A stretch of 19,460 nt of DNA, taken from contig JAVZDR010000010.1 of assembly GCA_038873795.1 (NCBI GenBank), forward strand, positions 1-19,460, written 5' to 3'. Shown piece after piece: positions 16,674 through 19,460 of the stretch (positions are counted from its first letter, which is position 1; each line of letters starts with the position of its first letter). This DNA comes from Candidatus Micrarchaeaceae archaeon. GTDB lineage: Archaea; Micrarchaeota; Micrarchaeia; Micrarchaeales; CABMGC01. The notes under the pieces are model-generated. The model ran no database searches. It saw nothing but the letters and a program-made list of their open reading frames with translations, and was not told the DNA's origin. Both the position numbers and the translations under genes were made by a program.

Positions 16674-17972
16674 ATGGAATTTAGGGATTTTGTACACCTG
16701 CTTGACGGGGAAGGAAGACTCACACATGTGGAGAGGCCTATCAGCAGGGATTATGAAGTTGCAAAATACCTAAAAAAGAATGATGGGAAACCTTTGATCT
16801 TTGAAAATGTCACAGGATCAAAGATGCAAATGCCAGTAGTCGGCAACGCATTAAGCAGCATGGATCTTTTATGCAAGGGGTTAGGCATTCCAAAAGAGAA
16901 GTGGATAGAATATATAGACAAAGCAATAGAAAATCCGAAAAGTGCTGAGAGTGGAAGCCCTGACTTTGAATACTATGAGCCTGATTTAGACCTCTTACCT
17001 ATTTTGAAGCATTACCCTTTGGATTTTGGCGCTTATATAACTTCAGGGATAGTTTTTGCAGAGAGGAATGGCGTAAAGAATATCTCCTTCCATAGGCTTG
17101 CCAAGATCAGTGAGGATAGGCTTGTAGGCAGGCTGGTAGAGAAGAGGGATTTGCACAGTATGTATGTTGATGCAAAAGAGCATGGGGAGGATGTAGAAAT
17201 AGCAATCGCAATAGGGAATAATATTGGAGTGATGGTCGCGGCTGCCACAACAGTGGGGAGCGACTTTTATGAGCTTGGAATTGCCGCTGCATTGGAGGAT
17301 GGGATAAAGGTGACAAGAGCAAAAACAAACCACATAGAGTACCCGATAAGCTCCGAGATAGTTTTAGAGGGCAGGATCCTCCATGATGAGACATCTAAGG
17401 AGGGTCCATTTGTAGACCTTACAGAAACATATGATATTGTAAGAGAGCAGCCCGTTTTTGCGATAGAAAAGATAGCGATGCGGAAGAACCCCATATACCA
17501 GGCCTTGCTTCCTGGCGGCAACGAGCACAAGATTCTAATGGGCGCTCCAAGAACCCCAACAATTTACAAGGCAATAAAGGAGAGTGGCGTAGATGTAGCA
17601 GCTGTTTACCTTACTGAAGGGGGAAGCGGATGGCTTGATGCTGCCATCGCAATAAGGAAGAAAAGCGAGGAGGATCCGAAAAAAGCCATAGAGGCTGCAA
17701 TAAAAGGCCACAAAAGCCTAAAAAAGATAACGATAGTTGATGACGACATAGATGTGACGAATCCCAATGAGGTGAATTACGCCATTACAATGTATTGGAC
17801 TGCTGGAAAAGAGAGAATATTCAGCAATGTTAAGGGTTCATCTTTAGACCCGATGGCTACGTCTGACGGCATTGGAAGCAAGCTTGCAATAGATGCGACA
17901 AAGCCACTTGACGTACCTAAGGAAAAGATGCTTAAGATGAGAAAGGCAAGCATTGAAAAAGTGGATATATGA
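16674..17972 (+). CDS. UbiD-family prFMN-dependent decarboxylase, probably trans-anhydromevalonate 5-phosphate decarboxylase
   Basis: LPILKHYPLDFGAYITSG, NISFHR, EIVLEG, EGPFVDLTETYD, VDDDIDV, GSSLDP, IDATKP; ATGA overlap with aconitase X. Confidence 0.88.
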   Translation: MEFRDFVHLLDGEGRLTHVERPISRDYEVAKYLKKNDGKPLIFENVTGSKMQMPVVGNALSSMDLLCKGLGIPKEKWIEYIDKAIENPKSAESGSPDFEYYEPDLDLLPILKHYPLDFGAYITSGIVFAERNGVKNISFHRLAKISEDRLVGRLVEKRDLHSMYVDAKEHGEDVEIAIAIGNNIGVMVAAATTVGSDFYELGIAAALEDGIKVTRAKTNHIEYPISSEIVLEGRILHDETSKEGPFVDLTETYDIVREQPVFAIEKIAMRKNPIYQALLPGGNEHKILMGAPRTPTIYKAIKESGVDVAAVYLTEGGSGWLDAAIAIRKKSEEDPKKAIEAAIKGHKSLKKITIVDDDIDVTNPNEVNYAITMYWTAGKERIFSNVKGSSLDPMATSDGIGSKLAIDATKPLDVPKEKMLKMRKASIEKVDI

Positions 17973-19444
17973 GCGAACTTAGCACAGATCAGGAGATCTC
18001 TTGGCTTGATGATGTAGATAGCAATGGCATTGTAATCAACCCGAACCACGAGCTTTACGGAAAAAGCATAGCTGGCGCAGACCTAAGAATGCCTGGAGCT
18101 GCAGGCTCTACCGTAGGGGCGGATAGGCTTGTAAATTTGGCTATCCATGGGAAGGCGCCGAAGAAGATAATCCTAAAGCGCCCGGATCCGATAACGATGT
18201 GGGGCGCGATATTGGGCAAGATAGAGCTAGAGATAAATGGCAGGGAGAAGAAACCAGTCGATATAAGCATGCTTGAAAGGTTAGGCATTGACCCAGAGAT
18301 TGCGGAGCTGCTTGCTAGGGCTGGTGAGCTTCTTGGCTCAAATGAATTCATACCAGCTGACTATGTGCAGATATCAGGAGTTTCCTACAAGACAATCACC
18401 GAGACAGGGCTTGAGCTCAGGAGATATTTCGCAAGCAAGTACAAGTTTAGGGCAAAGAACGTGACAATAAATCCCGCAGGCATGGACATGGAGGATTGGA
18501 GGATACAGCACATACCTGAAGAATTTGCAGAAAAGCAGAAGGAGATTATAGATATTTATATAAGAATGGGCGCGCAACCGACAATCACATGCACCCCATA
18601 TCTTATAAGCTATTCGCAGCCTTTCACAGATGCTTTCCTCTCAGAATCATCAGCTGTCGCCTTTGAAAATTCGATGCTTGCAGTAAGAACAAACAGGGAG
18701 GCTGGGCTCAGCACATTACTTTATGCGATTGCGGGCTACGGCCCGCGCTATGGCCTGCATCTGAAGGAAAACAGGAATCCGAGGATGGAGATCAAGCTTG
18801 CTACAGAGCTTAAGGGTCTCTCAGATTATGGCCTGCTTGGCTACAAGATGGGCGAATTATCGCAAGGGAGAGTGCCATATATTACGGGCATAAATGGCAT
18901 GCCAAGCGTAGATGAGGTAAAGCAGCTTGGCGCTGCAGGGGCAGCATCCGGATCTGTGGATTTGTTCCATATAGAGGGTGTAACTCCAGAAGCAAGGTAC
19001 AAAATGATCGACCTGGGCAACATAGAAGAGAGAGTAGAGGTAGGAAGAAAGGATCTGGATGAGATAAAGGAGAAGCTCAACACAGGCAAAGAAGCCGATA
19101 TAGACCTTGTTGCATTCGGCTGCCCGCATGCCTCAATAAATGAGATAAAAGAGATAGCCATGCTCATCAAAGGGAAGAAAGTTAAAAAAGGGAAGGAACT
19201 GTGGATTTCAACTTCAAGAGCCGTAAAGGAGATAGCCGAAAAGGTTGGATTGGCAGCAATAATAGAAGATGCGGGAGGCCACATAGTAGCAGATACATGC
19301 ATGGTTGTTTCGCCAATAGAGGATATAGGCTTCAAGACAACTGCAACCAATTCTGGCAAAGCCGCAAAATACCTGCCAAGGTTTTCAAGGCAAAACGTAG
19401 TATTCAACACCGCAGAAGAGATTATAAATAAGATCATAGAATAG
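17969..19444 (+). CDS. acnX: Aconitase X, single-chain fusion of a trimmed swivel (DUF126-like) domain and the catalytic (DUF521-like) domain; probable phosphomevalonate dehydratase
   Basis: aa about 6-88: ISWLDDVD..G.VINPNHELYGKSIAG...PGAAGSTVG...GKAP...GAIL (swivel). aa about 105-491: QISGVSYKTI, NPAGMD, TCTPY, SESSA, RTNRE, GCPHAS, DTCMVVSP, TNSGKAAKY. Confidence 0.88.
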   Translation: MSELSTDQEISWLDDVDSNGIVINPNHELYGKSIAGADLRMPGAAGSTVGADRLVNLAIHGKAPKKIILKRPDPITMWGAILGKIELEINGREKKPVDISMLERLGIDPEIAELLARAGELLGSNEFIPADYVQISGVSYKTITETGLELRRYFASKYKFRAKNVTINPAGMDMEDWRIQHIPEEFAEKQKEIIDIYIRMGAQPTITCTPYLISYSQPFTDAFLSESSAVAFENSMLAVRTNREAGLSTLLYAIAGYGPRYGLHLKENRNPRMEIKLATELKGLSDYGLLGYKMGELSQGRVPYITGINGMPSVDEVKQLGAAGAASGSVDLFHIEGVTPEARYKMIDLGNIEERVEVGRKDLDEIKEKLNTGKEADIDLVAFGCPHASINEIKEIAMLIKGKKVKKGKELWISTSRAVKEIAEKVGLAAIIEDAGGHIVADTCMVVSPIEDIGFKTTATNSGKAAKYLPRFSRQNVVFNTAEEIINKIIE

Positions 19445-19447
19445 CAG

Positions 19448-19460
19448 ATGGGGAAGAGGG
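19448..19460 (+). CDS. Possible start of the next operon gene (MGKR...), truncated by the window edge
   Basis: ATG 3 nt after the acnX stop codon; only 4 codons are visible. Confidence 0.35.

Noticed and set aside
1762..19437. Numerous antisense or alternative-frame ORFs of 60-200 aa (e.g. 1762-2367, 7462-7986, 14236-14709, 18841-19437)
   Set aside because: They are shadows of well-supported genes, with no motifs or independent start signals.
1..19460. CRISPR array, IS element, integrase or tRNA introns
   Set aside because: No regularly spaced repeats, transposase or recombinase motifs seen; both tRNAs fold without insertions.

Overview
Gene-dense archaeal chromosomal segment. Evidence for an archaeal origin: tRNAs without encoded CCA, tRNA-Gly with discriminator A73, BRE/TATA promoters, a GAGGTGA RBS, a Hef helicase and Dpo4/DinB with a PIP box. 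Compaction and gene content resemble a small-genome DPANN (Micrarchaeota-like) organism, which is inference only. Left to right: a membrane-embedded PLD-family gene running off the left edge (absent from the ORF track), an MBL/beta-CASP nuclease, trxB, dinB, an AMMECR1 protein, an AbrB + tandem winged-helix protein, nnr, argS, an M1 aminopeptidase, a small orphan gene with a hairpin terminator, a CPA-type cation/H+ antiporter, a helicase-only Hef, tRNA-Phe(GAA), a DMT/EamA-like transporter, tRNA-Gly(GCC), an RNHCP zinc-finger protein, and a coupled UbiD + aconitase X pair. The most notable item is that aconitase X: it has the archaeal three-Cys (type II, phosphomevalonate dehydratase-like) signature, yet carries a trimmed swivel subunit fused at its N-terminus. 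The second is the single-domain PLD with a 47-residue hydrophobic hairpin inserted inside the fold. No CRISPR array, transposase or integrase was seen.
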